From an uncultured Anaerolineae bacterium (GTDB lineage Bacteria > Chloroflexota > Anaerolineae > J036 > Brachytrichaceae): DNA of 64,000 nucleotides. Positions 8,520 to 18,359 of the stretch are shown piece after piece (the stretch's first letter is position 1; every line of letters begins with the position of its first letter). The stretch is from NCBI GenBank assembly GCA_938028725.1, contig CALIMH010000009.1, forward strand, positions 62,529 through 126,528, read 5' to 3'. The position numbers and the translations under genes are program-made. Below the pieces are notes generated by a model that was given only the letters and a program-made list of their open reading frames with translations, did not search any database and was not told the origin of the DNA.

Positions 8520-9724
8520 CTGCGCTAAAGCGCACCGCCCTGTTCGATGTGCATCGTCGCCTGGGCGCGCGCATGGCGCCATTTGCCGGCTGGGAGATGC
8601 CGCTATGGTACAGCTCGGCGCGTGAGGAGCATCTCGCTGTGCGTCGAGCAGCCGGCTTGTTCGACGTCTCCCACATGGGCGTCTTTGAAGTCTCCGGCCG
8701 TGCTGCTGCCGCCACACTCGATCACCTCACGACGAACGACGTGAGCGCGTTGCCAATCGGACGCGCTCAATACACCTATATGCTGGATTCCAACGGCGAT
8801 GTGATAGACGACATCATGCTCTATCGCGTTGCGGATACGCGCTACTTGGTGGTGGTCAATGCCGCAAACGCCGACAAGGACTGGGCGTGGTTCACCCAAC
8901 ACAGTAGCGAGGGCTGCGTATGGCGCGACCTGCGCGGCACAGAGGCCGATCAAGAGAGACGCGCCGACATTGCGCTGCAAGGGCCGCGCTCGTTGGATGT
9001 GCTGTGCAGCCTACTTGACCCCGCTGAGGCGGAAACCTTAAAAGCGCTTCCTTTCACTGGGGTAATGCATACCAACTTGCTGGGATGTGATGTCTACATC
9101 GCCCGAACCGGCTACACCGGCGAGCGGGTGGCTTATGAGCTGTTCGTCCATCCCCAGCACAGCGTCGCCTTGTGGGAGGCGCTGTTGCAGCGCGGCAGCG
9201 AGTTTGGCGTGAGGCCCTGTGGCTTGGCTGCGCGTGATAGTCTGCGCATCGAAGCTGGCTTGCCGCTCTACGGCCACGAGCTGGCTGGGCCGTTGAATTT
9301 GCTTCCCTTCCACATTGACTTTGATCACTTTGTCAAAGTAAACAAGTCGGCCGACTTTATCGGCAAGTCGGCTTATCTAGCGCGCCGCGAGGCGAACATG
9401 TTGCGCAGCGTGCGCTTCCGCATGAACGAGCGTGGCGTGCGGGTGGCCAAATTGGGCGACCCTGTGCTCGACCGCCGCGGGCGCGTGATCGGCACGGTCA
9501 CGTCCTGCGCCATGGATGGGGCAGGGATGTTGATCGGCTTGGCGGTGGTGGGTGTGGACGAGGCGCGAGAGGGCAACACGCTGTTCGTGGTAGCTTTGCC
9601 GGAGCGCGTGCCCGAGCCGCTCAAGCCGTTTGCGCCGCTGGGCAGCCGCATCCCTATGCCGGAGCCGGCAACAGTTCTGCCACGCTTCCTGAGCCGCAGG
9701 ACAGGGGCAAGCTCGGCAAAATAG
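8516..9724 (+). CDS. gcvT: aminomethyltransferase (glycine cleavage T-protein family)
   Basis: GcvT blocks are present: KRTALFDVHRRLGARMAPFAGWEMPLWY, GLFDVSHMG, ARTGYTGE and ARDSLRIEAGLPLYGHEL. GTG at 8516 overlaps the glyA stop (GTGA), with GGAGG at 8504-8508. Confidence 0.85.
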   Translation: MTALKRTALFDVHRRLGARMAPFAGWEMPLWYSSAREEHLAVRRAAGLFDVSHMGVFEVSGRAAAATLDHLTTNDVSALPIGRAQYTYMLDSNGDVIDDIMLYRVADTRYLVVVNAANADKDWAWFTQHSSEGCVWRDLRGTEADQERRADIALQGPRSLDVLCSLLDPAEAETLKALPFTGVMHTNLLGCDVYIARTGYTGERVAYELFVHPQHSVALWEALLQRGSEFGVRPCGLAARDSLRIEAGLPLYGHELAGPLNLLPFHIDFDHFVKVNKSADFIGKSAYLARREANMLRSVRFRMNERGVRVAKLGDPVLDRRGRVIGTVTSCAMDGAGMLIGLAVVGVDEAREGNTLFVVALPERVPEPLKPFAPLGSRIPMPEPATVLPRFLSRRTGASSAK

Positions 9725-9753
9725 AACACCTCCGACGGCGGTGTCGGAGGTGT
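9714..9753 (-). terminator. intrinsic-terminator-like hairpin in the convergent gap between gcvT and the cytochrome c gene
   Basis: There is a perfect 11-bp stem (9726-9736 ACACCTCCGAC, 9743-9753 GTCGGAGGTGT) with a 6-nt loop. On the minus strand it is followed by TTCTATTTT. On the plus strand it starts 2 nt after the gcvT stop but lacks a T-tract. Confidence 0.55.
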
Positions 9754-9795
9754 GGGGGGTGTGGCCTGAAGGGTCGGCGGTGGCTTGGCGGAGCG

Positions 9796-10338
9796 TCACT
9801 CGTTCGGCATGCGCGGCACGAAGAACAGATAGGGTGTGACTGGTTTTTGGTCCGGCGGCACAAATGCTGGCGCCTCCTCACCCTTTGGCCCTAAATCGCG
9901 GATGAAGCGGTATGCTGCGCGCAGGTCAGACTCGTTGATCGTGCGATAGTTCATCCACGGCATGGGTGGGCGCCCTTCGCGAGTGCGGAACATCTCGACC
10001 CACTGATCCTCGGTCACGCGCTGCACAAACAAGCGCAAGTTGCTGGCGTATGTTGTGCCCCATGGGCCGCGGTAGCCTATTCGGCCGCCGGTGAGCCACT
10101 CGCTCTCCGGCATTTGCCCGCCGGATTGTTCCCATCCTGGTGTGTGGCAGTCGTTGCAGCCGCCGAGCAAAATGAAGTAGCGACCTGCTTCGTTGACCGT
10201 TGGAGCTTGGATGCGCACCTCGGTGGGAGCGAGCGCAGCGGGGCGTGCGCTGGGCATTTGGGCACAAGCTGTCAACGCAACACTAAGCAACACAAGGCCA
10301 CACAGCGTAACGCTTCGTTGTGACCAACACTTGAACAT
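9796..10338 (-). CDS. secreted mono-haem c-type cytochrome
   Basis: A CxxCH haem motif is present (GGCNDCHTPGW). A signal/lipoprotein-like N-terminus reads MFKCWSQRSVTLCGLVLLSVALTACAQ from ATG 10338. A strong SD (GAGGAGGG) lies upstream. Confidence 0.7.
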   Translation of the reverse strand: MFKCWSQRSVTLCGLVLLSVALTACAQMPSARPAALAPTEVRIQAPTVNEAGRYFILLGGCNDCHTPGWEQSGGQMPESEWLTGGRIGYRGPWGTTYASNLRLFVQRVTEDQWVEMFRTREGRPPMPWMNYRTINESDLRAAYRFIRDLGPKGEEAPAFVPPDQKPVTPYLFFVPRMPNE

Positions 10339-10461
10339 GTTTTCTGCCCTCCTCTCAGAAGTTGGATTCTCTGCGAAGCATTCTAGGGCGGCCAAATTTG
10401 TTGCCGTCGAGAGATTCACGTTTCGTTTAAGAGGAGTCGGTCGCTGCAACAAATGGTCTAC

Positions 10462-10499
10462 GCAAAAAATGAGACGTGCCGACCGCGACCGGTCGGCAC
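10462..10499 (-). terminator. rho-independent terminator downstream of tRNA-Asp
   Basis: A 10-bp GC-rich stem (10476-10499, GTGCCGACCG/CGGTCGGCAC) has a tetraloop. On the minus strand it is followed by TTTTTT (10469-10464). Confidence 0.8.
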
Positions 10500-10509
10500 G
10501 CTCCCTCAG

Positions 10510-10583
10510 CGGAAGCGACGGGATTCGAACCCGCGTTCTCTGCCTTGACAGGGCAGCGTGTTAGGCCTCTACACCACGCCTCC
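10510..10583 (-). tRNA. tRNA-Asp (anticodon GUC), CCA not encoded
   Basis: The reverse complement GGAGGCGTGGTGTAGAGGCCTAACACGCTGCCCTGTCAAGGCAGAGAACGCGGGTTCGAATCCCGTCGCTTCCG folds as a cloverleaf. It has a 7-bp acceptor stem, a GTGT/ACAC D-stem, a CTGCC/GGCAG anticodon stem with loop CTGTCAA, a GGTTCGAATCC T-arm and discriminator G. Confidence 0.95.
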
Positions 10584-10600
10584 AATGCTATGTGGCTTGC

Positions 10601-10606
10601 AGTATA
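10601..10606 (-). promoter_or_regulatory. candidate -10 box (TGgTATACT) for tRNA-Asp
   Basis: The minus strand reads GTGGTATACT, 17 nt upstream of the mature tRNA 5' end. No convincing -35 was seen. Confidence 0.4.
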
Positions 10607-10725
10607 CCACAGCGACCTGCCTTCTACCTCCGCCTGTGGCGACAAAATAGCACTTGGGCGCGCATCTACGAGGCGCTCCGCGCCTCCTTCCGCTCGTGGC
10701 TCATAGTCAAGTTGTCAGACACGCC

Positions 10726-12042
10726 CTAAGGCAATTGCTTCTCGAGCCACGGCAGCGGGTCTACATGCACACCGCCCACGGCTAATTCCCAATGTAGGTG
10801 CGGGCCGAGCGTGCGGCCGGTGTTGCCGGTGCGAGCGATCACGTCACCTGCTTGCACGAACTGGCCTGGCGTCACCTCTGACTTAGACAGATGTGCATAC
10901 AATGTGAACACGCCGCGGCCGTGGTCGAGGATAACAGTGAGCCCGCGCACCTGGAACTGCTCGACCGCCACGACACGACCTGCTGCCGGCGCGCGCACGG
11001 GTCTGCCCGTTGTCGAGCTGAAATCCACACCGCTGTGGAACGTGTAGAGCACTCCGCCATTGAATGTGCGTTGAGCACCGAACGGCGATACCACCTTCCC
11101 CTTGACTGGGGTCTGGAGAGGCGCGTCCCAATATTGGGTGCCGGAAAACTGGTTAAAAATTGCACTGATCGCTTTGCTTTCTTGCTCGTTGATTTCAGGA
11201 TCAAGCAAGCTGGCCAAAGGCCCTTTCAGAGTCAAGTTTTCAACGCCAAAGTTGTTGCGCCCCACCTCTACGTAGCCCTGTATCACTGTTGGAAATCCGT
11301 TGTCGTCAATGGTGCGGATGGTCAAAGCGTAGATGCCTGGTTTATGCAGCGCGCTGACGCCCATTAGTGCCACATACTCATCGGCTTTGCCGCTCGCTTG
11401 AGTGAAATTGAGACGGCGCGCATCAAATGACCCATCAATTTGCCGCAGAGGAGCATTCGCACGCAGGCGCACTTGGAAGACTTCCCCCTGCTTCGGCGCC
11501 GATGGTGCCACTTCTACAGCTTGCAACGCTTCAGGGAGTCGAGAACCACCTCTCAGCGGCAAACGCAGCAATTGACCAGCTGTAAGGCAATCGTGACAAG
11601 CCAGCGAGTTCAAGCGCCGCAGCGCGTGAGGGGATACGCTGTAGCGCGCAGCAATGCTGAGCAGCGTGTCTCCTGGTGCCACGGTGTAAAGCTGAAAGCG
11701 CGGCAGCCCATCTAGCTGATTAGGTATAGCTAGCGCTTGACCCACAAGCAACACCTGCGACAGGGTCAGCCGATTGCGCTGAGCAAGCTCTTCGACAGGA
11801 ACATCAAAGTGGGCCGAGAGGCTCATCAGCGTGTCACCAAAGCTAACTTGAAAGGATGGGCTGGGCTCTGATGTAGGCTGCGCCGAGGAGGGTGTGGGGA
11901 TTGTGACAGTAACCTCCCGCGCCGCTTCGAGGTCTGGAGATAGCTGTGCCATTTGTTGGGCATGAGCTAAGCCTCCATCGCATAGCAGCAACTCAATCGC
12001 GGCAGATAGCGCCAAGCAACACGCAGTGTGAAACCAACTCAT
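10726..12042 (-). CDS. LysM-domain M23 family metallopeptidase (peptidoglycan endopeptidase)
   Basis: The ORF has a signal-like N-terminus and two LysM-like repeats (GDTLMSLSAHFDVPVEELAQRN, YTVAPGDTLLSIAARYSVSPHALRRLN). M23 motifs are HSGVDF (HxxxD) and GPHLHWE (HxH). Confidence 0.85.
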   Translation of the reverse strand: MSWFHTACCLALSAAIELLLCDGGLAHAQQMAQLSPDLEAAREVTVTIPTPSSAQPTSEPSPSFQVSFGDTLMSLSAHFDVPVEELAQRNRLTLSQVLLVGQALAIPNQLDGLPRFQLYTVAPGDTLLSIAARYSVSPHALRRLNSLACHDCLTAGQLLRLPLRGGSRLPEALQAVEVAPSAPKQGEVFQVRLRANAPLRQIDGSFDARRLNFTQASGKADEYVALMGVSALHKPGIYALTIRTIDDNGFPTVIQGYVEVGRNNFGVENLTLKGPLASLLDPEINEQESKAISAIFNQFSGTQYWDAPLQTPVKGKVVSPFGAQRTFNGGVLYTFHSGVDFSSTTGRPVRAPAAGRVVAVEQFQVRGLTVILDHGRGVFTLYAHLSKSEVTPGQFVQAGDVIARTGNTGRTLGPHLHWELAVGGVHVDPLPWLEKQLP

Positions 12043-12089
12043 TGTTTTTTTGCGTAGGTACCGGCATTGTACTGACTTAGCCTAAGGCT

Positions 12090-12914
12090 ATGATCACGCC
12101 TATGCGCGAGATCACCATCGCCGTAGTGCAAATGAGCACAACGCTGGGTGAGCCGGAAGCTAATCTGGCGAAGATGTCTGACTACATTCGTCAGATCGCC
12201 ACCGCACAAAAGACCGACTTAGTGGTTTTCCCAGAATTGGCTGTCACCGGTTACGAGTGTGGTGTTCGGTTCGTGCAACTGGCGCAGCGTGTTCCGGGGC
12301 CGTCAGTTAATTACATCGCCCAGCGTGCTAACGAGCAGTCAGTTCATGTTGTCTTTGGACTTCCCACTAAAGAGCGTGTCGAGAGCATTCTCTTCAACTC
12401 TGTAGTGATGGTGGGACCGGAAGGGGATGTTATGGCACACTATCGCAAGCTGCATCTGCGCGGCGAGGAACAAATGCTCTTCCGGCCGGGCTTCCGTCTA
12501 GAAACGGCTGAGACGCCATTTGGGTTAGTCGGCCTTCAAGCCGGTTGGGACCTCTACTTTCCAGAAGGTGCTCGCAGTTTATGCTTAGACGGCGCAGAGG
12601 TAGTCATTGTCTCAGCCGCATGGACAAACGACCGTGCTGAAGAGTGGCGCACGTTTGTCGCCTCGCGCGCAGCAGAGAACGCCTGCTTCGTTTGCGCTGC
12701 AAACCGCGTCGGTGAAGAGCCGGCTAGCACGTTCGGCGGCGAGAGCATGATCGTCGGCCCCCGCGGTCAAGTGATTGTGGACTTGGACGAGACCACTGAA
12801 GGCTACATCGTCGCTAAGCTTGACCTGGATGAGGTGCGTCGTGTGCGTGAGGAGACGCAAATCTTCCAAACACGCCAACCGCTCAGTTATCGCAGCATCG
12901 TGCGCAAATACTAG
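12090..12914 (+). CDS. carbon-nitrogen hydrolase (nitrilase superfamily) homologue with Gly at the nucleophile position
   Basis: Family blocks are [15 protein letters not shown] (Glu), HYRKLHL (Lys), [15 protein letters not shown]. The expected (I/V)C(Y/W)D..FPE block reads AGWDLYFPE. Confidence 0.8.
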   Translation: MITPMREITIAVVQMSTTLGEPEANLAKMSDYIRQIATAQKTDLVVFPELAVTGYECGVRFVQLAQRVPGPSVNYIAQRANEQSVHVVFGLPTKERVESILFNSVVMVGPEGDVMAHYRKLHLRGEEQMLFRPGFRLETAETPFGLVGLQAGWDLYFPEGARSLCLDGAEVVIVSAAWTNDRAEEWRTFVASRAAENACFVCAANRVGEEPASTFGGESMIVGPRGQVIVDLDETTEGYIVAKLDLDEVRRVREETQIFQTRQPLSYRSIVRKY

Positions 12915-12964
12915 GTTGTGGCTATACTTCTGCAATCCCACAATCTCCAAAGAGGCATCAAGAC

Positions 12965-13759
12965 ATGAGCATCCTTCAAGGCAAGAAAGCGTTGATCTTC
13001 GGTGTGGCCAACGACCATAGCATTGCTTGGGGCATCGCTCAGGCTTTTCACCGTGAGGGCGCTTTGCTTGGGTTTAGCTATGCCAATGAGAAGCTGGAAC
13101 GGCGCGTTCGTCCATTGGCGGAATCCCTGGGAAGCACATTTGTTGAACCGTGTGATGTCAGCAAGGATGAAGACATTGCCGCTGTGATGCGCAAAGCGAG
13201 CGAGAGATTAGGTGAGCTAGACATTCTGGTTCACTCAGTGGCGTTTGCAAATCGCGACGACCTTTCAGGGCCTTACTACACTGTGTCGCGTGAGGGCTTC
13301 CGTGTAGCGATGGACATCAGCGTCTATTCCTTCACGGCGCTGGCACGTGAGGCTTTGCCACTGATGCGACCTGGTGGTGCCATGCTCACGCTGACTTACA
13401 TCGGTGCGGTGCGGGCGGTGCCGCATTACAACGTGATGGGAGTAGCAAAAGCTGCGCTGGAAGCGAGTGTGCGCTATTTAGCCGCGGATCTTGGCGCCCA
13501 TGAGCGCCGCGTCCGTGTGAATGCTATCTCCGCCGGCCCGATCCGCACCCTGGCAGTGGCCGGCATCGCTGGCTCGCGTGCGCTGATCAGCGAGTTCAGC
13601 AAAGTCAGCTTGCTGCGTCGCAACATCACCATCGAAGATGTCGGCAACGCAGCTGTATACTTGTGCTCGGATCTAGCTGCGGGTGTGACAGGTGAGATCC
13701 ACTATGTTGACGCAGGCTTCAACGTTGCGTTTCCGCTCAAGATGGACGAAGCAGGCTAG
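12965..13759 (+). CDS. fabI: enoyl-[acyl-carrier-protein] reductase (NADH), FabI
   Basis: FabI features are [25 protein letters not shown], the block [19 protein letters not shown] containing the catalytic Tyr/Lys, and [18 protein letters not shown] lies upstream. Confidence 0.9.
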   Translation: MSILQGKKALIFGVANDHSIAWGIAQAFHREGALLGFSYANEKLERRVRPLAESLGSTFVEPCDVSKDEDIAAVMRKASERLGELDILVHSVAFANRDDLSGPYYTVSREGFRVAMDISVYSFTALAREALPLMRPGGAMLTLTYIGAVRAVPHYNVMGVAKAALEASVRYLAADLGAHERRVRVNAISAGPIRTLAVAGIAGSRALISEFSKVSLLRRNITIEDVGNAAVYLCSDLAAGVTGEIHYVDAGFNVAFPLKMDEAG

Positions 13760-13783
13760 CTTGCTTTGCGCTCACATGCTCGG

Positions 13784-15052
13784 CTAGATAGTAGGCTGAC
13801 GATAGGCCATCGCCAGCAACTCCATAGTGTGCAGCACGGGAACGCTAGAGCCTTGCTGGGCCAAGTGGGTTTGAATTTGCACGATGCAGCCGATGTTAGA
13901 GGTGGCAACAGCATCGGCGTTGGTGCGCAGCAAGTTGCGCGCCTTGCGTTCGCCAAGCTGCTGGGCGATGTGGGGGTGCTCGATGTTATAAGTGCCGGCA
14001 GAGCCGCAGCAAATCTCACCTTCGGGCACTTCGACCACCGCTACGTTCGGGATGCTGCGCAACAGCCGGCGAGGCGCACCCCACACCCCCTGGGCATGTG
14101 CCAGATGGCAGGCATCATGGTAGGCTACCGTCATCGGACGTGGTAGTGGATGCGGGGGGCGCAAGCCTAGCGCGTCGAGAAACTCGTTCACGTCGCGCGT
14201 CTTCTCGCTGAACATGTGCGCACGACTCGACTCTGGCGTGCCCTTCAACAGCAGCCCATACTCCTTCAGCGCCGAGCCGCAGCCAGCCGCGTTCGCGATC
14301 ACTGCATCTATCTCTTCAAGGGTAAAGGCGCGCAGGTTGTGCCGTGCCAACTTGAGCGCGGTGCGCATCTCGCCAGTGTGAAGCGCCAAGGCACCACAAC
14401 AAACTTGCTGTGGCGGCACGATCACTTCCACACCGTTAGCAGTCAGCACCTCAATGGTGGCTTGATTAATGTGTGGCGCTAACACTTGCTGGACACAGCC
14501 GGCGAGCAGAGCCACACGCGCCCGTCGCTCACCTACCGCAGCATACCGCGGCTTCAGCTTTACAGGCTTTGGAAAGTGTCCAGGCAACAAGTGCAACATC
14601 GCGTTGAGTTCGCGCGGCAGTAGATGACCTGCCCAGCTAAATAACTGTCCGATGGTTGCCGCAGCGCGAAATCGGCTTGGGTAAGGCAATGTCAGCCGAA
14701 GCAACCACCGAGTGACTGTTTCGCTGAGTGAGCGACTACGCTTTGGCTCGGTGTAGGCGCGGTATGCTGTGAGCAATGCTCCGTACTGCACACCGGCTGG
14801 GCATGCAGTGGCGCACGCCAAGCAACCCAGGCACTGGGAGATGTAGGGTGCGGCTTGTTGCAGGCTCATGCTGCCTTCCAACACCCCTTTCATCAAGAGG
14901 ATGCGCCCTCGCGGAGAGTTCATCTCATCGCCTAGCACTTGATAGGTAGGGCAGGCGGGTAAACAGAAACCACAATGCACGCAGGCGGAGACTGCAGCTG
15001 CAGCGGTTTCCCCAAGTGGTCCAAGTCGCTGAGCAGAGATTTGATGTTGCAT
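13784..15052 (-). CDS. glcF: glycolate oxidase iron-sulfur subunit
   Basis: Two 4Fe-4S motifs (CVHCGFCLPACP, CLGCLACATACP) are followed by CCG-domain repeats (VCCG, ICCGSAG). It is the last gene of the glcD-E-F order. Confidence 0.85.
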   Translation of the reverse strand: MQHQISAQRLGPLGETAAAAVSACVHCGFCLPACPTYQVLGDEMNSPRGRILLMKGVLEGSMSLQQAAPYISQCLGCLACATACPAGVQYGALLTAYRAYTEPKRSRSLSETVTRWLLRLTLPYPSRFRAAATIGQLFSWAGHLLPRELNAMLHLLPGHFPKPVKLKPRYAAVGERRARVALLAGCVQQVLAPHINQATIEVLTANGVEVIVPPQQVCCGALALHTGEMRTALKLARHNLRAFTLEEIDAVIANAAGCGSALKEYGLLLKGTPESSRAHMFSEKTRDVNEFLDALGLRPPHPLPRPMTVAYHDACHLAHAQGVWGAPRRLLRSIPNVAVVEVPEGEICCGSAGTYNIEHPHIAQQLGERKARNLLRTNADAVATSNIGCIVQIQTHLAQQGSSVPVLHTMELLAMAYRQPTI

Positions 15053-15064
15053 GGGTGCAGCAAT

Positions 15065-16129
15065 TTATCCGAACTTGTTGAGTGGGTCAAGTGCCCGCTT
15101 GATGCGCTCTGCAAAAGGATTGAAGGGCCGATATCCGATGTGGGGATCAGGTGCTTGGCTGCGTAGTACGAGGCCGCTGAGCCGCAGCGAGGTCAATGCA
15201 GCATCGGTCTCGGCAAGCGACGGCGTGGCGATCCAGGCGACGTTGCCGCCGACGCTGTAGCGCCGCTTCCAACGCGCAATACGCGCATCCAATGCTGGGA
15301 TCCAGCGTGGCGTGAGCGGCACTTTGACTAGCACATCACCACTCTCCATCCAGCGCATCTCACGCATATCGTTCCAGAAGTGCTCCTCCTCTGGTCCAGA
15401 AAGCACCTCGCCGCTGCCGACCAGGGCGCGCACGCGGTCCATACGTCGCGGCAGAGCTTCAGCAATGCCACCTACGCGTACCCACAGTGTCGTGCGTGTG
15501 TGGTTCTCCATTACCAAGTCCACCGCATTCAAGTCATAAGGGCAGTTGGTCAGTTTGGGCAATAGTGCAAGCGCGTCTTCCAGGGAGGGCAGCGAAACAC
15601 GCAATGAGGCGTAGGCCTCTGGCTTGGGGAAAACCTTAAAACTAAGTTCCACGATCAGACCGAGCCGCCCACAACTGCCGACGAATAGCTTGGGGTAATC
15701 GAAACCAGCCGCGTTCTTCACCACTTTGCCGCCGCCGCGCACCAGCTCGCCATTGCCCTCGATGAAGCGCACGCCGATCACGAAGTCGCGCGCGCCGCCG
15801 AAGCGATAGCGCTCTGAACCACATGCGTTCATGGCGATAGTGCCGCCGATGGTAGCGCCGCTCTCAACAAATAATGGGTCGAATGGCAGATATTGGCCAT
15901 GTGAAGCGAGCAGCGCGTTCACTTCTGCCACCGGTGTGCCTGCAGCGACAGTGATAACGAACTCACTGGGCTGGTATTCAATAACGCCCCGCAGCGCAGC
16001 CGTGCTGAGCGCGACGTAGCCGCTCAGCGGTGAGACGTGCTTGCTGCCATTGCCACACACGTGCACCCGCCGGTGCTCTCGCACAAGGCCTTGGAGCTCT
16101 GCGATAGCTGTTGTGGCGATTGCGTCCAC
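15065..16129 (-). CDS. glcE: glycolate oxidase FAD-binding subunit
   Basis: The 354-aa ORF has an FAD_binding_4-like N-terminal half. It lies 6 nt after the glcD stop and uses a GTG start. Confidence 0.8.
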   Translation of the reverse strand: MDAIATTAIAELQGLVREHRRVHVCGNGSKHVSPLSGYVALSTAALRGVIEYQPSEFVITVAAGTPVAEVNALLASHGQYLPFDPLFVESGATIGGTIAMNACGSERYRFGGARDFVIGVRFIEGNGELVRGGGKVVKNAAGFDYPKLFVGSCGRLGLIVELSFKVFPKPEAYASLRVSLPSLEDALALLPKLTNCPYDLNAVDLVMENHTRTTLWVRVGGIAEALPRRMDRVRALVGSGEVLSGPEEEHFWNDMREMRWMESGDVLVKVPLTPRWIPALDARIARWKRRYSVGGNVAWIATPSLAETDAALTSLRLSGLVLRSQAPDPHIGYRPFNPFAERIKRALDPLNKFG

Positions 16130-16135
16130 AGGAAC

Positions 16136-17590
16136 TCACTCCCGCGCGATGACGCCGGCCCGCTCTAGTGGATGTGCGCCGACGAGTGTGTGTGCCGATG
16201 TGAATTCCTCCGAGAGTCGCTTGCCTCGGTTAGCAAGCCGCTTGGGGTCCACCGCGTCGCGTGTTGCGTTCATGCAGGCAATTTCAGCCGGCCCAAACTG
16301 GCGCGGCATGAAGCGGCGTTTCTCCATGCCCACACCATGCTCACCCGTGATTGAGCCTCCTAGGCGGATGCACACATCAATGATCTCGCTAGCCAGCTCC
16401 TCGGCACGCTCGTAGCTGCCCGGCTGATTGCCATCGAACATGATCAACGGATGTAGGTTGCCATCGCCGGCGTGGAAGACGTTGGCAACTTTGATCCCCC
16501 ACTTTTGGCTTAGCCGCTCGATCTCTGCTAAAGCTTCACCGAGCCGGCTGCGTGGCACGACCCCGTCCTGTACGATGTAATCTGGGTAGAGGCGCCCGGC
16601 TGCGCTGAACGCGCTCTTGCGGCCCTTCCAGATTTTGAGGCGCTCCTCCTCGTTCTGTGCTGCTTTAAGCAGATAGGGCTGCGAAGCTTTCAGCACACTT
16701 TCTAACCGTCGCCATTCCGCTTCCACTTGATGCTGTTCGCCCTCCAGCTCCACGATCAGCAACGCAGCAGCGTCGGTGGGATAGCCAGGGTGCACCGCTG
16801 CTTCAACTGCCTGAATAGAAAGGTGGTCCATGATCTCCAGCGCTCCTGGCAAAATACCTGCCGCGATCACCTGGGAGACTGCATCGCCGGCAGCCTGCAG
16901 GCTGCGGTAAGCAGCTAGCACGGTGCGATAGGTCTCAGGTCTAGGCAGCAGGCGCACTGTGACCTCCAGCGCGATGCCGAATAATCCCTCGCTGCCCACG
17001 AACATACCCACGTAGTCGGCGTCAACACTTTCTAGGCTTTCGCTGCCGAGGAATGCTAGCTCACCATCAGGTAACACCACTTTCAGCGCCAGCACGTGAT
17101 TGCTGGTCATGCCGTATTTAAGGCAATGTGCGCCGCCGCTGTTGAAGGCTACATTACCGCCGATAGTGCAGACCGGCTGGCTGGATGGGTCCGGCGCGAA
17201 AAGCAAGTTGCGCGAGGCCACTGTGCGGGTGATGTCCAAGTTGACCACACCCGCTTCCACTACGGCGAAGCGTTGCTCCACGTCAACTTTCAGAATGCGG
17301 TTCAGGCGATTCATCGCAATGACGATCCCGCCAGGCACAGGGGTGGAGCCACCGCTGAGGCCAGTGCCGCTGCCGCGCGCTACGAATGGCACTCCAAAGT
17401 GGTGGCATAGTCGCACCACTTGGACAACTTCCTCCTGCGATTCTGGGAGCACTACGCACAGTGGACGCTCCCGAAAAGCCAGCAGCGCGTCACATTCATA
17501 CGGCACCAAGGCTGCTGGCTGCATGAGTAGACGCTCAGGAGGGATAACCTGCCGAAGGTCATTGAGAAAACCAGCCGGTGCACTCATCAC
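16136..17590 (-). CDS. glcD: glycolate oxidase subunit GlcD (FAD-linked oxidase)
   Basis: Blocks are [25 protein letters not shown] and [10 protein letters not shown], in a 484-aa ORF. The start is GTG 17590 or ATG 17587. Confidence 0.9.
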   Translation of the reverse strand: MMSAPAGFLNDLRQVIPPERLLMQPAALVPYECDALLAFRERPLCVVLPESQEEVVQVVRLCHHFGVPFVARGSGTGLSGGSTPVPGGIVIAMNRLNRILKVDVEQRFAVVEAGVVNLDITRTVASRNLLFAPDPSSQPVCTIGGNVAFNSGGAHCLKYGMTSNHVLALKVVLPDGELAFLGSESLESVDADYVGMFVGSEGLFGIALEVTVRLLPRPETYRTVLAAYRSLQAAGDAVSQVIAAGILPGALEIMDHLSIQAVEAAVHPGYPTDAAALLIVELEGEQHQVEAEWRRLESVLKASQPYLLKAAQNEEERLKIWKGRKSAFSAAGRLYPDYIVQDGVVPRSRLGEALAEIERLSQKWGIKVANVFHAGDGNLHPLIMFDGNQPGSYERAEELASEIIDVCIRLGGSITGEHGVGMEKRRFMPRQFGPAEIACMNATRDAVDPKRLANRGKRLSEEFTSAHTLVGAHPLERAGVIARE

Positions 17591-17621
17591 AAGTTGAGTC
17601 TAGTGTAGCGCGAACGACGTG

Positions 17622-18359
17622 CTATCCGTCACTCAGGAACTTTTGAAGCGCAGCGTTGAACTGTTCTGGCTGCTCTAATGGGCTGAGATGGGCTGCGCTG
17701 GCGATCACGACTAGTTTCGCATTGGGTATGCCTTCGGCCATCACGTGTGCGTCAGCCAACGGCGCAATCGTATCTGCATCGCCGGCGATCACAAGGGTGG
17801 GGACTTGGATGTTGTGAAGTTGATCGCGCATGTCCCGCCTATTGGCTAACGCGCGCAAAGCCGCGATGATGGTGCTGGAGGCATTGGATGCGATCATCGT
17901 GCGCACTTCTGCTTCCAGGCGCAGCAGGTTGTTCGGCGCCAGCAAACGGGGCAGCATTTCGTCGGCGAGCACGTGAGTGCCCTCGGTGCGCACGCGGCCG
18001 GCTTGGCGTTCACGGTTGGCTCGTGCCTCAGCAGTATCAGCACTAGCCTTTGTGTGGCACAGCACCAGTCGCTTCACCAACTGTGGGTACTTGCGCCACA
18101 GCGCAAAGGCGATATAGCCGCCCATAGATAGGCCACACACAGTGGCTTGTGTCACATTATGCTGCGCAAGCAGCGCTGCGGCATCGTCGGCAAAGTCGTC
18201 CATGCTGAGTGGGGCGTCCTCCGGCAAGGGCTTGTTTGCACCAAAGCCGCGCAGGTCGGGTGCTAGGCAGTGAAAGTCTTTCGCCAGGGCATCGAGCTGG
18301 TATCGCCACATGGTGTGGTTGAGTGGGAAACCGTGCAAGAAGAGCAGTGTCTCTTTCAT
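17622..18359 (-). CDS. alpha/beta-fold hydrolase
   Basis: Motifs are LFLHGFPLN and the nucleophile elbow GLSMGG. It has a 4-nt overlap with the upstream polyprenyl synthase gene. Confidence 0.8.
   Translation of the reverse strand: MKETLLFLHGFPLNHTMWRYQLDALAKDFHCLAPDLRGFGANKPLPEDAPLSMDDFADDAAALLAQHNVTQATVCGLSMGGYIAFALWRKYPQLVKRLVLCHTKASADTAEARANRERQAGRVRTEGTHVLADEMLPRLLAPNNLLRLEAEVRTMIASNASSTIIAALRALANRRDMRDQLHNIQVPTLVIAGDADTIAPLADAHVMAEGIPNAKLVVIASAAHLSPLEQPEQFNAALQKFLSDG

Noticed and set aside
7749-8717. Long ORFs antisense or out of frame to well-supported genes. Examples are 7749-8717(-), 18753-19520(+), 23827-24816(+), 1334-2065(+), 3757-4323(-), 4646-5227(+), 33274-33870(+), 33554-34093(+), 39534-40034(-) and 45705-46247(+).
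   Set aside because: These are typical shadow ORFs of GC-rich DNA. They are Arg/Ala/Pro/Ser/Cys-rich and low in complexity, carry no motifs, and lie fully inside genes with strong family signatures on the other strand or frame.
10339-10725. tRNA-Asp as an integration hotspot (genomic island or prophage attachment site).
   Set aside because: I noticed no integrase, no direct repeat of the tRNA 3' end and no compositional shift on either side. The flanking genes are ordinary.
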